Below, piece after piece: positions 1 to 13,137 of a stretch of 64,000 bases of DNA; the stretch's first letter is position 1, and every line of letters starts with the position of its first letter. The stretch is from Macrostomum lignano (lineage: Eukaryota), in assembly GCA_002269645.1 (NCBI GenBank), contig NIVC01000073.1, positions 434,001 through 498,000 on the forward strand, written 5' to 3'. The translations under genes and the position numbers were made by a program. The notes under the pieces were generated by a model that saw nothing but the letters and a program-made list of their open reading frames with translations, did not search any database and was not told the DNA's origin.

Positions 1-279
1 TTATAGGCACACAGATTAGCAGAGACGGTAGTTAGAGAACGTACATAAAAGAGTTCCGATCTCGACCCTGTTCTATCAGTTATTAAAATACTTTTAAAAA
101 GCTACTGGCAAAACCTGCTGTTAGTGAGATTACTCAGATTTGAAACCAGTCACTCCTATATGATGTCACTTCCGAATGGTCTATCACAACTAATTAATCT
201 GTAATTCATTCATCCCTCATATTTAATTGATTTGTTACATTAAATTCATTTTTAACACCCAACTGATTTGTTAAATCAA

Positions 280-450
280 ATTAATCTGTCACACCAAATT
301 GATTTATCTGTCACACCCAGTTCATCTATCACACCAAATTGATTTTATCTGTCACACCCAATTGATCTGTCGCACCAAATTAATGTCACATTAAATGAAT
401 TAATTTTTGACACAAAATAATCCATCACACCAAATAAATTGATCGTCACA
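280..450. repeat. Degenerate short tandem repeat with core ATCTGTCACACC in the PP5 intron
   Basis: Several imperfect copies of aatctgtcacacc(c/a)a at roughly 20-25 bp spacing. Confidence 0.6.
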
Positions 451-556
451 CTGTAAACTGTCTGCTTAACTTGCAGTGCTGGTGGATCTAAGCTGAACGG
501 CACTTTTATTAATTGTTATATTCGAGTCAATCTGTACCCCAGAGCAGACAACTCAC

Positions 557-1030
557 CCTCTTCTCTTCGTAAGCAATAGCTTTCTCGAACGCTTTCTGTT
601 GCACAATCTTCTTACACTCGGTATACTTGGCTTTAGCATCCGAATCGCCAGGCCGGCGCCTGTGCACCTGTTCAAAATCGGTAAGGGCCAATTTAAATTT
701 GCCCAAAGCCATATTAGCCGAAGCGCGCCGATAATAGGCTTTGATATAGGACTGGTCGAGTGCGATAGCTCGGCTAGCGTCGGACAGGGCGTAGCCAAAG
801 CACTCGGTTCTCAAGTAGGCAAAGCTTCTATTAGCATAGTAAATGGCGGATTTATCGTACAAATCGATAGCCTTGCTGTACAAATCGATAGCTTGATCGT
901 AATGGCCCAAGTTGAAGGCTGAGTTGGCTTCAGTTTTAAATTGATCAGCCTCTGGCGGAGGCGAGGTCGGCCCCATCAGGGCGGTGGAAGTCGGAGACGC
1001 GACCGGAGCTTCGGACTCTGTTGATGTCAT
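557..1030 (-). CDS. PPP5C: Serine/threonine protein phosphatase 5, N-terminal TPR-domain exon; the gene continues beyond the left edge of the window
   Basis: The translation ADQFKTEANSAFNLGHYDQAIDLYSKAI...YYANRSFAYLRTECFGYALSDASRAIALDQSYIKAYYRRASANMALGKFKLALTDFE...YTECKKIVQQKAFEKAIA matches the three-TPR region of PP5. A phase-0 GTGAGT donor starts at 556 after EKR. The start codon is uncertain (1030 chosen), and the phosphatase exons are not in the window. Confidence 0.9.
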
Positions 1031-1129
1031 TTTCTCACCTGAGGCTTGCTGGTTGTTTAATGCTATGGTTGTCGATGTTCGCATGAATGATGTAGAATAG
1101 TGCTTATAGGGAATCTGAAGATACACGTC

Positions 1130-1530
1130 TATCTATAGATGCTTCGATAGCGACTAGAGCTTTTTGAATGGTGAATCTATAGATGCTTGGATGGCAAATC
1201 TATAGACGATTACATAGCAAATCTAAAGATGCATGCTTGGATGGCGAATTTATAGATTATTAAATGGGGAATCTGCAAGTGCTTGGTAAATCTATGCTTA
1301 TAGAGTGAATCTATAGATGCCTTGATGGTGAATCTATATATGCGTATAGAGTAAATCTAGAGATGTTTGTGGAGTAAATCTATAGATGTTTATGGAGTAA
1401 ATATATAGATACCTATAGAGTAAATCTATAAATGTCTGGATCGTGAATCTACATATGCTTATAGAGTAAATCTAGAAATGTTTATGGAGTAAATCTATAG
1501 ATAGTAGTTATAGAGTGAATCTTTAGATGT
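1130..1530. repeat. Degenerate tandem repeat (GAGTAAATCTATAGATG core) upstream of PP5
   Basis: Recurrent aatctatagatg(c/t)ttat(a/g)gagt units. Confidence 0.65.
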
Positions 1531-2339
1531 TTATGAAACGAACACTTAAGGGAGTTTGTCTCGTATTATAACAAATAAAAAATAAAAAGCAGAACAAGGT
1601 GATAATCTGTTAGTTTACAAGTTCAAAGAAAATGTTTTTTTAAAGTTAAGCAGCGTTACCAGTTCAATCGCAGAAATATGTTTTATATGAATATACACGC
1701 AGGCAATAAAGCGAAAGCATTAGCAACAGTAATATTCTTGAAGAAGATTTTTTATCTCTCTTGTTTGTTGCGCTTCTTAGCAATGACCTTTTTTCGTCTA
1801 ACGGAAAAAGGAAAATGATAATATTGTTCCCATATATTTATATATATTTTTAAAAAGTAGGCCAATCTTTTAATCTTATTCCAGCTAATACAGCGGGCCT
1901 ATTCATAAGCAATATAAGAAACATATAAGAAGCAACCTAAAAAGAATTTGCTCTGTCTTAACTTTACTGTTCAAATATCTAAACAGAAAAATCGACTAGG
2001 GTACTATTGGGCGGGACTCACGAAAGTATAAAATAAAGGGACTTAAATTTCTATTTACTTCAACACGGAACACATTACTTGCAGGCCAATTTATGTGTTT
2101 ATATTCTATAACGTATATTCAAATAAACCACCGCAAACATTTACAGTTAAGAACAGAAATAAAGCAAGCATGCCTGCGTGTGAAACCAAGGTAAACAAGG
2201 AAACTACTGTACTAGGATGGAGTATTTCATGTGAAATTAAATTATAAAAAATATACTATCGCTTGTGTCTTCAGGATTCTGAAATTCAATAAAGTAAGGC
2301 TTAGTTGACGATTTCCTAATTTACTTGTTCAAAGATAGA

Positions 2340-2690
2340 TTGTATATTGAGATAGAGAATAGATACTGAAACAGAGAATAGTTACTGGGAGACAGAACAA
2401 ATATTGAGAGACTGAGATAGATATTGAGATGGAGAATAGATATTGAGAGACGGAGAAATGAGAATAGATGTGGAGAGACTGAGAATAGTATTTAGAGACG
2501 AAGAATAGACATTGAGAGACGGAGAATAGGGGTCAAGTACGGAGAATAGATATTTAAAGACGGAGAAGAGATATCTAGAGATATCTAGAGACTGAGAATA
2601 CTCGTAGATACCCAGAGACTGAGAATGGATATTGACAGGCGGAGAATAGATATGCAGATAAATAAGAATGGATTGATAAGAGTGATAAAG
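2340..2690. repeat. Degenerate GAGAATAGATATTGAGA repeat downstream of OTUD3
   Basis: Recurrent gagaatagatattgagagac units; they explain spurious ORF 2382..2777. Confidence 0.6.
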
Positions 2691-2846
2691 AAAAGACTTA
2701 TAGTAAACAGAATAGATGTAATATTTAATATTAATTATTTCCAGTTCAATTGTTGGTTGCAGGGAACCCCGGCGCACTAAGAAGTCCCTTGTTCAAGCAG
2801 CCCTTCAATATTGAAATAAAAAGCAATCCAGAAGCGAATACCAAAA

Positions 2847-5764
2847 TCATAGCTGCAGCAACGACGAGCCAGCCTGAATCATCAGGGCGGAAGCGGCGCC
2901 AGTCTCGTCTGTGTCGGCATCATCGCCCGACTGCAGCTGCATGCGCCTGTGCCTCTCAGTGGCTCGCTCTTTCTTCAATAGTTTCGCTTCGCGCTTAGTT
3001 GGTTTATTACGCTGCCGATGCTGCTGGAGCTGATGCTGCTCCAGTTGCTGCTCCAATACAAGGGTGGACGGATTGGCGCCAACTGACGCTTCGTCGTTAA
3101 CTACAGATTCGAGCACCTGCGGATTAAATAAATTATTTTATTTCATTCCTATTTTCATTAATTAAACAACTGTCTATCTTAGTGTTTGTCTGTGTCTCGG
3201 TAGCTGTCTTTGTGAAGTCTGTGTGTCACTAACAGATGCTGAGACACACTGACTATCATCATCATCTATCAGTATGTCTCAGCATCTATCAGTGTGTCTC
3301 AGCATCTGTCAGTGTGTCTCAGCATCTGCCAGTGTGTCTCAGCATCTGTCAGTGTGTCTCAGCATCTGTCAGTGTGTCTCAGCATCTGTCAGTGTGTCTC
3401 AGCATCTGTCAGTGTGTCTCAGAATCTGTCAGTGTGTCTCAGAATCTGTCAGTGTGTCTCAGAATCTGTCAGTGTGTCTCAGCATCTGTCAGTGTGTCTC
3501 AGCATCTGCCAGTGTGTCTCAGCATCTGTCAGTGTGTCTCAGCATCTGCCAGTGTGTCTCAGCATCTGTCAGTGTGTCTCAGCATCTGTCAGTGTGTCTC
3601 AGCATCTGTCAGTGTGTCTCAGCATCTGTCAGTGTGTCTCAGCATCTGTCAGTGTGTCTCAGCATCTGTCAGTGTGTCTCAGCATCTGTCAGTGTGTCTC
3701 AGCATCTGTCAGTGTGTCTCAGCATCTGTCAGTGTCTCAGCATCTGTCAGTGTGTCTCAGCATCTGTCAGTGTGTCTCAGCATCTGTCAGTGTGTCTCAG
3801 CATCTGTCAGTGTGTCTCAGCATCTGTCAGTGTGTCTCAGCATCTGTCAGTGTGTCTCAGCATCTGTCAGTGTGTCTCAGCATCTGTCAGTGTGTCTCAG
3901 AATCTGTCAGTGTGTCTCAGCATCTGTCAGTGTGTCTCAGCATCTGTCAGTGTGTCTCAGCATCTGTCAGTGTGTCTCAGCATCTGTCAGTGTGTCTCAG
4001 CATCTGTCAGTGTGTCTCAGCATCTGTCAGTGTGTCTCAGCATCTGTCAGTGTGTCTCAGCATCTGTCAGTGTGTCTCAGAATCTGTCAGTGTGTCTCAG
4101 CATCTGTCAGTGTGTCTCAGCATCTGTCAGTGTGTCTCAGCATCTATCAGTGTGTCTCAGAATCTGTCAGTGTGTCTCAGAATCTGTCAGTGTGTCTCAG
4201 CATCTGTCAGTGTGTCTCAGCATCTATCAGTGTGTCTCAGAATCTGTCAGTGTGTCCTCACCTGAAAGACGTAGGCCGCCGTCTCGTCAAGGTCGAATTG
4301 CAACTCCCGCAGCGATTCAGCAATCAGATCGACATCGTTGCAACCTGTACGATTGACAACCTCGGACACCAGCGTGTTAAACTCGGCCGCGGACGGTTCA
4401 GGCATCGACGAAGTGCTAGCGGCAACAGCGGCGGCCGCTGATAAAGCCGACTTATTGCTGCCAGAAATTGACGCAGTTTGCTGATCAAATTTGATTGACA
4501 CATTAGCCGGCGTAGCTGACCTATCACCTAGTCGCCTGATACTAGAATAATGCTCGCCATTGTGATAGGCCAGGTGTAACTGCTTGTTACTAGGCTGGGT
4601 TGGCATGACAACGCTATCTGTAGCGTTGCCGCTATTACCGGAGGCGCCGCTACCGCCAATCTGCCAGGGCGGCGAGGCCAGCTGATGGATAACTATGTTG
4701 AGCTTATGCAATCTAGCGAATGCCACAATAGCGTCATTGCCAGCGTAAGTTCCGGGACGGGCCAATTCCCTTACGTAATCTTCAAAACTTGTCGAATCAT
4801 CTACAAATGGAGCGAAATCGTCTTTGTGCGCCAGCATATAGTGGACCACGTCGGCTCGATGCTTCAAGTGCAACGCGTCGCTGCCTTCGAGCTGATCGCC
4901 GAGAGCTCTGAATAAACAGTTACCGTCGCCTGCGGGAAATGCGGTTACTTCTATAGTATTTGTAACTTATACTCCATTTTTGCATGAATGGAATAGCGGG
5001 GTTGTAGCCTAGTGGCTAGAGCGTCGGACTCACGACTTGAAGGTCGGGGTTCGATTCCTGATCCCACTGGCATGGAACAATTTGTGTCTTTGAGCAAGAC
5101 AATTAGCTCTGCATTGCTTCAGCTCATCAAACTGTAAAATGGGTGCCAGCATTAGCTGGGGTAATTGAGGGTGTGCGTGGCGAACCCCCAGTCCTTGGAC
5201 TGAACAGCCGTACGCAGCCTTCAGATGCGCCGCGCAGTAGCTGCGACTGAGCTGTCAGTTGCATATCTGCCCATTAGGGCAGGTGTAATCAATTATTATT
5301 ATACTTAAACCTATAAATACTAAGTAAATGGAATTTTTTTTACAAGGGTTTTGGCCTTCGGTAGGATTCTATCAGCAATCCATTTCCAGTGTGGATACTG
5401 GTCAATTTTCGTGAACACGCAAGCCCCAAATGTCACTGCACGGAATCGAACCATTAAAAACCCTTGAAGCGTTACCCTTTTAAGTCTGTAATAAACCCTA
5501 ATTTCCTAGAAAACGAAACTCACCAGGAATGTCGCGAATCTCCAATCCCAGCTGTTCAAGTTGCATTAAAAATGATGGATAATTATAGTCATCTTCAAGA
5601 TAAGAATTATTATTTTTTCGACTTTGACCATGCCTATTATTAGATCGATGCTGTTGAGTATGCCTCGACTGATGCTGATGAGTATTGTGCTGGTGATGAT
5701 GCTGGGTTGGTGGCTGCTGCTCCTGTGAGGACTCATCCTCTGCAATGTTCTTCTTTCGCGCCAT
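2847..5764 (-). CDS. OTUD3: OTU-domain deubiquitinase OTUD3-like; 3 exons (5764-5524, 4929-4262, 3116-2847), about 392 aa
   Basis: Spliced product reads EIRDIPG|DGNCLFRALGDQLEG (catalytic D/C), ...HLAYHNGEHYSSIR (catalytic H), then a UBA-like segment CNDVDLIAESLRELQFDLDETAAYVFQ and a basic C-terminal helix. Introns are GT-AG with compatible phases (1, 0), and the total of 1179 nt is divisible by 3. Confidence 0.92.
3263..4258. repeat. 20-bp minisatellite (CTCAGCATCTGTCAGTGTGT), about 50 copies, filling OTUD3 intron 2
   Basis: Near-perfect tandem array read directly; it abuts the donor at 4261. Confidence 0.97.
4996..5305 (+). mobile_element. tRNA-derived SINE family 1 (CORE-like central domain), copy A, in OTUD3 intron 1
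   Basis: A box TAGCCTAGTGG, B box GGTTCGATTCC, central TGTGTCTTTGAGCAAGACA...CTGTAAAATGGG resembling the CORE-SINE domain, and an (ATT)n tail. Two other copies occur in the window. Confidence 0.85.
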
Positions 5765-8700
5765 AGTAGCTTGATATTTTATTAGTTAAAATTATTTATC
5801 CAGAAAAGAAACTGTACAGAAGCACTTGAGTGCAGTGCAGCAGTTACCAAATAGTTAGGCAATCTAAGAAATGCCAATCAGAATGTTACACGCATGCATG
5901 AAAAAAGTGTAAATGGCATAATGTTTAAAAATGCATCAAACAACTTTAATGCAAAATTTGTTGCCTACCTGACTTAAGGCTTCTTCAATTAAAGGTGATA
6001 ATTGACTATACACAGTCAACATTACACTAAAGCAAAATGCTATTACTGGATTTGAAGATTGAAGTTAATACCATTTTTGCTACTTTAGTGGTCCTATTAT
6101 AGCCAAGAGTCAATCATTTGACAACCCTATCAAATGTAATAGTGGAACTCAATTTTCTTAGAAAAGTAAGACTTACAAGGAATTAAGTTTTTTTGTTTTA
6201 ACTTAAAATACTTATAGCTTTATAGGCTTATATATTATTATATTGATATTGATACTAAATATTTAAGTTCTGCTTTTATTTTAAGAAAGAACTATTTTTA
6301 AAGAAGTATTACTCAATTTTTTCTGTTTACTGTAAATTAATAAAAAACTTGCTCTGTCAAAATATTACTAAGCTTTAAAAAGCAATATAACAGAACAGGA
6401 GCATCAAGTTTTAATTTAATTAATTTTAAAGTTTTGTTATATGCAACCATTATAATAATGTATATATGCTAATGAATTAGTATATCTTCTAAAAATTGTA
6501 AGGTTTCTGCTTTTTAGTCATCATAAATAATCTTAGTCTTGGTAATTAGCATATGGTATAATTATGAAAATAGCCCATATTGAAATATTTAGACAAAAGG
6601 CATCTAACCATCCATCACAATTTTGGAATTTTCTGCTATTGTGTTGCAGCTAAAGTCATTGTAGTGCATACATTTGCAATAGTCGGCTAAGTTGGCCAAT
6701 TTGGCCAACTAATTTGGCGGCCAACTAAAGTAAATTGCAAAAATGCCTACTCAAATAAACACCAAAGTAGTACTAAGTAGATAACAAGGCATTTTGCCTT
6801 AACAAGACAGTCATAGTTACTCCTGCCATTTATCCTAAGTTGCATTAATTTTGCTTTAGGGTTTCTTTTACATGTAAGTTGCATTTTTTGGCCAAAAACT
6901 GTCATATTTTTTGTTAAAACTAAGTTGCATGGCTAACTGAATTTTAAAGGTTGCACATATATGTTGTGGTATGGTGTAGTTTAAAGTAAACAAGAAGAAT
7001 AATTATGACTGTCCTATTAAAGCTAAATGCCTCATCACCTAATTAGTATTATACCCTATTTGGTATGAAAGTTAACATGTTCTGTGTCATATCACATTTT
7101 TAAGCTACAATTTTAGACCCTATGTTGCATGTTCACAGGTTTTCTACATTTATTCTAATTGGGAAAATAGCTAAGAAATAAACTTTTGTTATTGCTCACT
7201 TTAATTTACAACTTATGCTATCACCCAATCTATATTTTAGATTAGATAAACTTGATTTAATAGGCCTAGTGCTGTTTGGCAATCAAGGAAGCTATCAAGT
7301 CAAATGCCACAAGCAACTTTGCATTTGCTAATAGCACTTTTTTGCAGTTGTTGCCTACTTATTTCATCAAAAAGCTTTAACATTTTGCTAAACATATGGA
7401 TAGCAACCTAGTACTAAAATATGCTTATGTGAGTCACCCATTTGTAGTTGGGATTGGTTATTGTTACCAATTACTAATTATTTGTTATAATTATTATAAC
7501 CTTTCTTTTATAGGAAATATTATGCTGGTCAAGCAAAGAATATTATAAAATTAGGCCTCTAACATAGTGTTTGCCATGTTGACAACAAAATTGTCTAGGC
7601 CTATGCCTATTTTGTGTCAGTACAATATAGAACATACATGCGCAACTGCTGGCCGACCTGTCCAATCTGGCCACTGTAAATTGTGGTGGACCGGAGGTAA
7701 GTCGCAAAAATGACACCCCAAAAAATACGGATGTAGTACTAATTAGATGTTGAGGCATTTAGGCCTGATAAGACAGTCATAGTTACTCGTGCCGTTTACC
7801 CAAAACTGTGTTAATTTAGCTTTAGGGTTTTTTTTACAGGTCGCATTTTTGGTCAAAAAGTAAGTCGCATGGCCAGTGTAAATCAGGGGGATTGCGCATG
7901 TATGAATAGGCTCATTCCATATAAGCATGGTCGTAACATGACAGGTTATTTTTACTTATAAAATGAAATCTAATAATAGAATATACTAAACCAATATTTT
8001 AAATGAAAGATTATTTTGTCTAGAATATATTTATAGAGTTTCATATAGATATCATCATTAGTATAGATGCTATTAAACCTTAAATGACACTTATGGTTGT
8101 AACGACAGGATTTTTGACATATAGAAACTAAAAGGTAAAAGTTTTATAACATTTTTCATTTTTGATATTTTGCAATACATTTTTAAAATTTGACTAAGAA
8201 CATCTTTAGAAATCATACTCTTTTATTAGAATATATAAACTCAAAAGGCAACAAAGATACAAAAGAAAAGGCAGCCTTATGGTCGTAACATTATGGTCGT
8301 AACATATTTTTTTCTATCAATTCAGTAACTTTGAGGTACTAATACATTAAAAATATAATAGATTATTTGGTCACCAATGCTTTTATCTGATGATGCAAGT
8401 ACTATACTTTTATCTATAGTTTGTTTCAACCTTCAAAAGCTTTCTATTTGTTTTTAAAAGGTACAAAATCTTAATGATGTCTTTTGCTTCGAAAAATGTC
8501 CAAATTTTTACAAAAATGACTTTTTGCCAATTGATAACATACTAATCCAACATTTTACCATTCCTTTATTCTTAGATTATATATATTGCACAATATAAAC
8601 ATTTGGTAAAAAAATAGGCTAATTAGGAATGGCAAGCAAAAATATTGACTTTTTTCTATTTTCCAATATGTCCATCTTATAAGGAAGAATTACAATCACT

Positions 8701-9896
8701 TCGGCGACAAGTCACTTCGGCGATAGTCACTTCGGCGACAAGTCACTTCGGCGACAGTCATTTCGGCGACACATTTGGATCACTTCGGCGACAATTAATA
8801 ACAGCTAAATACTGTAAGTTTTCTGTTTAGAACGTATTTATAATACATGTATTTTTTGCCAATGAAACTTCACGATTAAAGTGTGATTTATCCGGATTTA
8901 TTAAAAAAGCAACACAAATCTTCAGCATTTCGTTATGATAATTGAATTAGATTAAGGCTTTTCATATTACCAATTCCAGAATCACAAATCGGTTCGGATC
9001 TTCCAAGAAAAACGGTAGTATAACTATTTAACTCTGTTGAATGTTTGACTGCCTTAACAACCTCACTTACATGTAGCACAATTTTTCACTTTCTTTTTGG
9101 CGATTGTCATTCAATAATAAAAACTTAATTTATAGCACGTATCTCCCTCTATAGATATGGAGACAAAAAGTTATACTTCACAAATTGGTTCTGGTTCTGG
9201 AACCAGAACAAGCAATATGAATGAAAAGGCCCATTGATATCACGTTTTTCTTGATTGATATTCGCCCATTAAGATAAAATACCAAATGAATTGATTTGCT
9301 TTATATAGTACTGGAAGTATTGTGATAAATTTTTATTTGGCATACACAAGCAAGTAAATGTACAGGCACATACACTGTGTCACTCCATTGCAGATATAAA
9401 GAAAGAGGAAGAGAAATAAACATGCATTAAAAGCAAAGATATTACATGTAGCACGCAAAGAAGTCTTAGCGTTACAGAAGTTAAGCATTATATTCAGATG
9501 CACCATAGACAGCTTACGGTCTATTCAGCTTGCTGCAAGCCTCCAGAAGTGACTGAATCGATCGGTCTCCAGCTTGAAATTCCGACCAAAGTTTAAAGTA
9601 TTTGGATTGTCGCTGGCGGTACTTCCGTCGCTGCAACCGCCTCAGAGCACCTTGAGACACCAACCGTGAGTCGATAGAGACCATGCGGCCCTCGTCGTGC
9701 AGCAGCTTGACCAGGAGGTAGAACTGGAGCTGACCGCGTTGAGCCCGACTGTTCAAGCGGTTGTGAAAGCCCTCAACGTCGTTGTTAGTTCGAGTGGCTT
9801 TTTTGTAGACAGAGATCTCTCGTGGCGAATACATTGTGCTCTGTATCCACGTGCTCTGAAAAAATTAGAAAATGTTTCCATAAGCGCGTATGTGAG

Positions 9897-10107
<211 letters not shown>

Positions 10108-13100
10108 CCCAGTGAAAAATGATTCATGGATTCCACGTGGGTTCCACGTGGCCATGTGGAATTTAAATGTTTCTTTATTTTTTGCAAATTATTAACTTAA
10201 AGATGACATAATGGTATGCAAAGTATTTTTTATGCATTATTTTTTTTATTTTTACTGTCCTAATGTTGATGTGGATTTTACAAGGAATTCATGAGAAATA
10301 AGCGTATATTGATTCAACATGGAATCCACTTCGATAAAAAACTGTGATACACCATATTCAGACATTTTTAGGAAATTACTATAATTAATTATTACATTTA
10401 TATGTTTTTAAGTTAAAATTAATATCTTAAAGCTAAATTATAATCGGCAAATAAGACACTGTTTGTTAAAATAGACAAAATAGAAGTGAACAATAAAAAA
10501 CGCTTCGTGCTTTTTAAAATTAAATTAATTTTATTTTATATTCGTCAATGTTTTGGTTCAAGGCCTTGAAAGATAAATTGCCTTGTTTATGGCTATTTAA
10601 GCACCTTAAAAATTTTAGTAGACCTAGCCTATAGGCAATAACTTATCAGGCCATAGCCTCCATGAGATTAGAAATTAGATAAATCAGTATTTTATCATAG
10701 ATAGGCCTAATACTTTTGGTAAAATCCATGATAAATTTATTTAGGCCTAGGCCTCCAATTTCTAGAAATCCCATGGCCATGTCCATAGATTGGCTACTCA
10801 TTTTTTTAACTTAAATAGACCTTTAGAAGTTCATAATTTCCTCTTAGTCCTACCTATTATTAGTCCTATCTATTTATATGTATGCTTATTAGGCGTATTT
10901 TAAGCTAGGCCTGCTATAACTATCAATTTAGGTCCTTCTATTTTAATTAAGGTTAGGACTAGCTTGACTTTGTGAATTGTGACTAGTCAATCTAGTTAAT
11001 ATGTTAAAAATCAATTAATTTATGATTTTCTTCAAAAAAGTCTGTTAGCATCTTTTGGACTTGTTGCATTTTTAAAAACAATATTATTAATTATAATAAA
11101 TAATTCTTTGCAATTACACTTGCAACTTGCTTTTGGCATAGCTAGCCTAGCAGATCCCTAAGGTTGCTATTAAAAATAAAGAATGATTATTGTAAATTTG
11201 ATCTGATTTAGGCCAAGTCCAGAATTTAATTTTAAGCCATAAGGCATAGCTATTTAGGCTTAGGTTAGGCCTAATGTTTAATTATACTATTTTTTTTATT
11301 AGAGGCAGGGGGGTTGTGTGCACCCTGGCGCACTTTAAGCGACATAGGCATACAACTGGCAAGAGGCATTGCTGCCTATTCCGCCGACTCCCCTAAGCAG
11401 GCACACAAGTGTGCAGATATGTATGCAAGCACACTCATACAGGAATGTACAGCGGCCCTAGCTTTATTTATCGTTAGGCATGTATACTTCACTGTGCCTT
11501 GGGGGTTGGCTCTCAAGGCCATTAATTGCATGAGCAGAGAGCCAAGCTGAGATTCCAATTCAGCTCCAAATTAATATGACTGTACTTGGATTCGAGCTTG
11601 GGTCGCTGGCACACCAGAGCAGCTGCGTTACTACTTGGCTACGGCCCCCCTTTTAATCATACTAGGCCAGCAAATATGAAAAACATGCATTGCTTTGCCT
11701 AAATACTTTATAGTCTAAAATCAATTTTAAAATAAAAAATTAAATTTATAGAAACATATATTAATTATTTTTATACTTATTATTTTAATTTTATTAATTT
11801 TATTTTATTGATTGACTTAGGTAGGGTTTTCTTTTTTGCTAGAGACAAGGTGCAAAATCATACCCTATGCTCACTTTTAGGGTTTTATGATTTTAAGGCT
11901 TAGAATGTAGTTTCTTTTTTTTCTTATATAAAGGCAATGCAAATAAGGCTTCAACATAAAAATAGGTAATGAGATCGCACCTAAACTGTATCAACTTTTT
12001 AATTTCAGTTTTCAAGGTACAATTTTAAGATTTAGGGTGCACTTGACTTACTTGACTTAGCTGCAGGGGGCTCTGTGCATCTGGAAACAGCGAGGAGGCA
12101 TTGCTGCCCATTTCGCTAACCCCTGGCGAAGGCATATGCACACTTTGCGCTAAAAAAATAAACCTAAGACTTAGGCCTAGTTAATTTTAAAATAAACTTT
12201 ATTAAGTATTCATCCTTAAATTAGTTTTATGAATTATATCAATATTATCTATCAATCTTAATTGGCAACAATTATTTTTCTATTTCATTTCAGCCTAACA
12301 TTACATGGCCCATCCTTAAACTTGGATGTCACCTTGGTCTTGCCTTTGAAGAAGCATGCAAAGCTACTTGGAATTGGAATTTAATATCTCGAATGCTACC
12401 TTTTGTGAAGTAATGGTAAGTTTTAGTTATAAACTGATTTTTTTCTGTCATCAAAATCTGTTATAAGATCAAAATCTATAAAAATCTATTACAAAATCTG
12501 TTATCAATCTGTTATAAAATTCTGTAATTTAACCCCTTTCTTTTCTAAGGTTGCTCACCTGACCTGAAGAAGCAGCATTCTGGCAATTGGCAGCAGCATG
12601 TTTCTGACTGTTCTAATTCTGGTGCATTATATTATTGTTAATTAATTAATGCTATTGACAATGTCAATTTCAAATTATATATTATATCATATGCGCAGCG
12701 CAACTTTAAAGATATCAATATCTACATCAGTGTGTTTATTCTTTGTGTGCTAGTGACTCACTACTGTACATAAATACACCTTACTTATTGATACATCCTT
12801 TTTGAATATATTTTTGTGCAGAAATATTTTTGGCTATAGCTAATGTTTTATCTGTGTTTCAGTTTCTTTTATATGGTATTGAGATCTGGGGTTTGTATGA
12901 AATTTTGAGATCTGGTATTATTTTGAGATTTAGGATGCAACAATTTATTATGGCAACCAGTATAATGGCTGCTTACTCAATGACAATGTGGATTCTATGT
13001 GAAATACATAATTACTTCCATGTGGATCTTCCATGTGGAATCCATATCTTGATTCCACATGGATGGACGGAGACAAATGCACATATGGATTTCATATGAA

Positions 13101-13137
13101 AAATCCACATGGAATCCATATCATTTTTTTCTCTGGG
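10108..13137. mobile_element. Non-autonomous CACTA/EnSpm(CMC)-like element, about 3.0 kb, nested in the MULE transposase intron
   Basis: The termini CCCAGTGAAAAATGATTCATGGATTCCACGTGG and CCACATGGAATCCATATCATTTTTTTCTCTGGG are imperfect inverted repeats with subterminal CCA(C/T)GTGG units. A 2-bp AG duplication flanks it, and removing it restores a continuous (CAGA)n tract. No transposase was seen. Confidence 0.72.
11290..11648 (-). mobile_element. Degenerate tRNA-derived SINE family 2, inside the nested CACTA-like element
   Basis: Minus-strand head GGGGGCCGTAGCCAAGTAG...GCTCGAATCC (imperfect A and B boxes) and an A-rich tail. The body shares TGTGCCTTG.GGG.YGGCTCTCA with 56800-56945, and a partial related segment lies at about 12060-12140. 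Confidence 0.55.

Noticed and set aside
3236-4441. Long ORFs (SVSQHLSVCL...) in three frames
   Set aside because: They are translations of a stop-free 20-bp intronic array antisense to OTUD3, not proteins.
4996-5070. tRNA-like sequence (also the heads at about 33520-33590, 36250-36319 and 11590-11648)
   Set aside because: No proper acceptor stem or terminator, and each continues into a shared SINE body.
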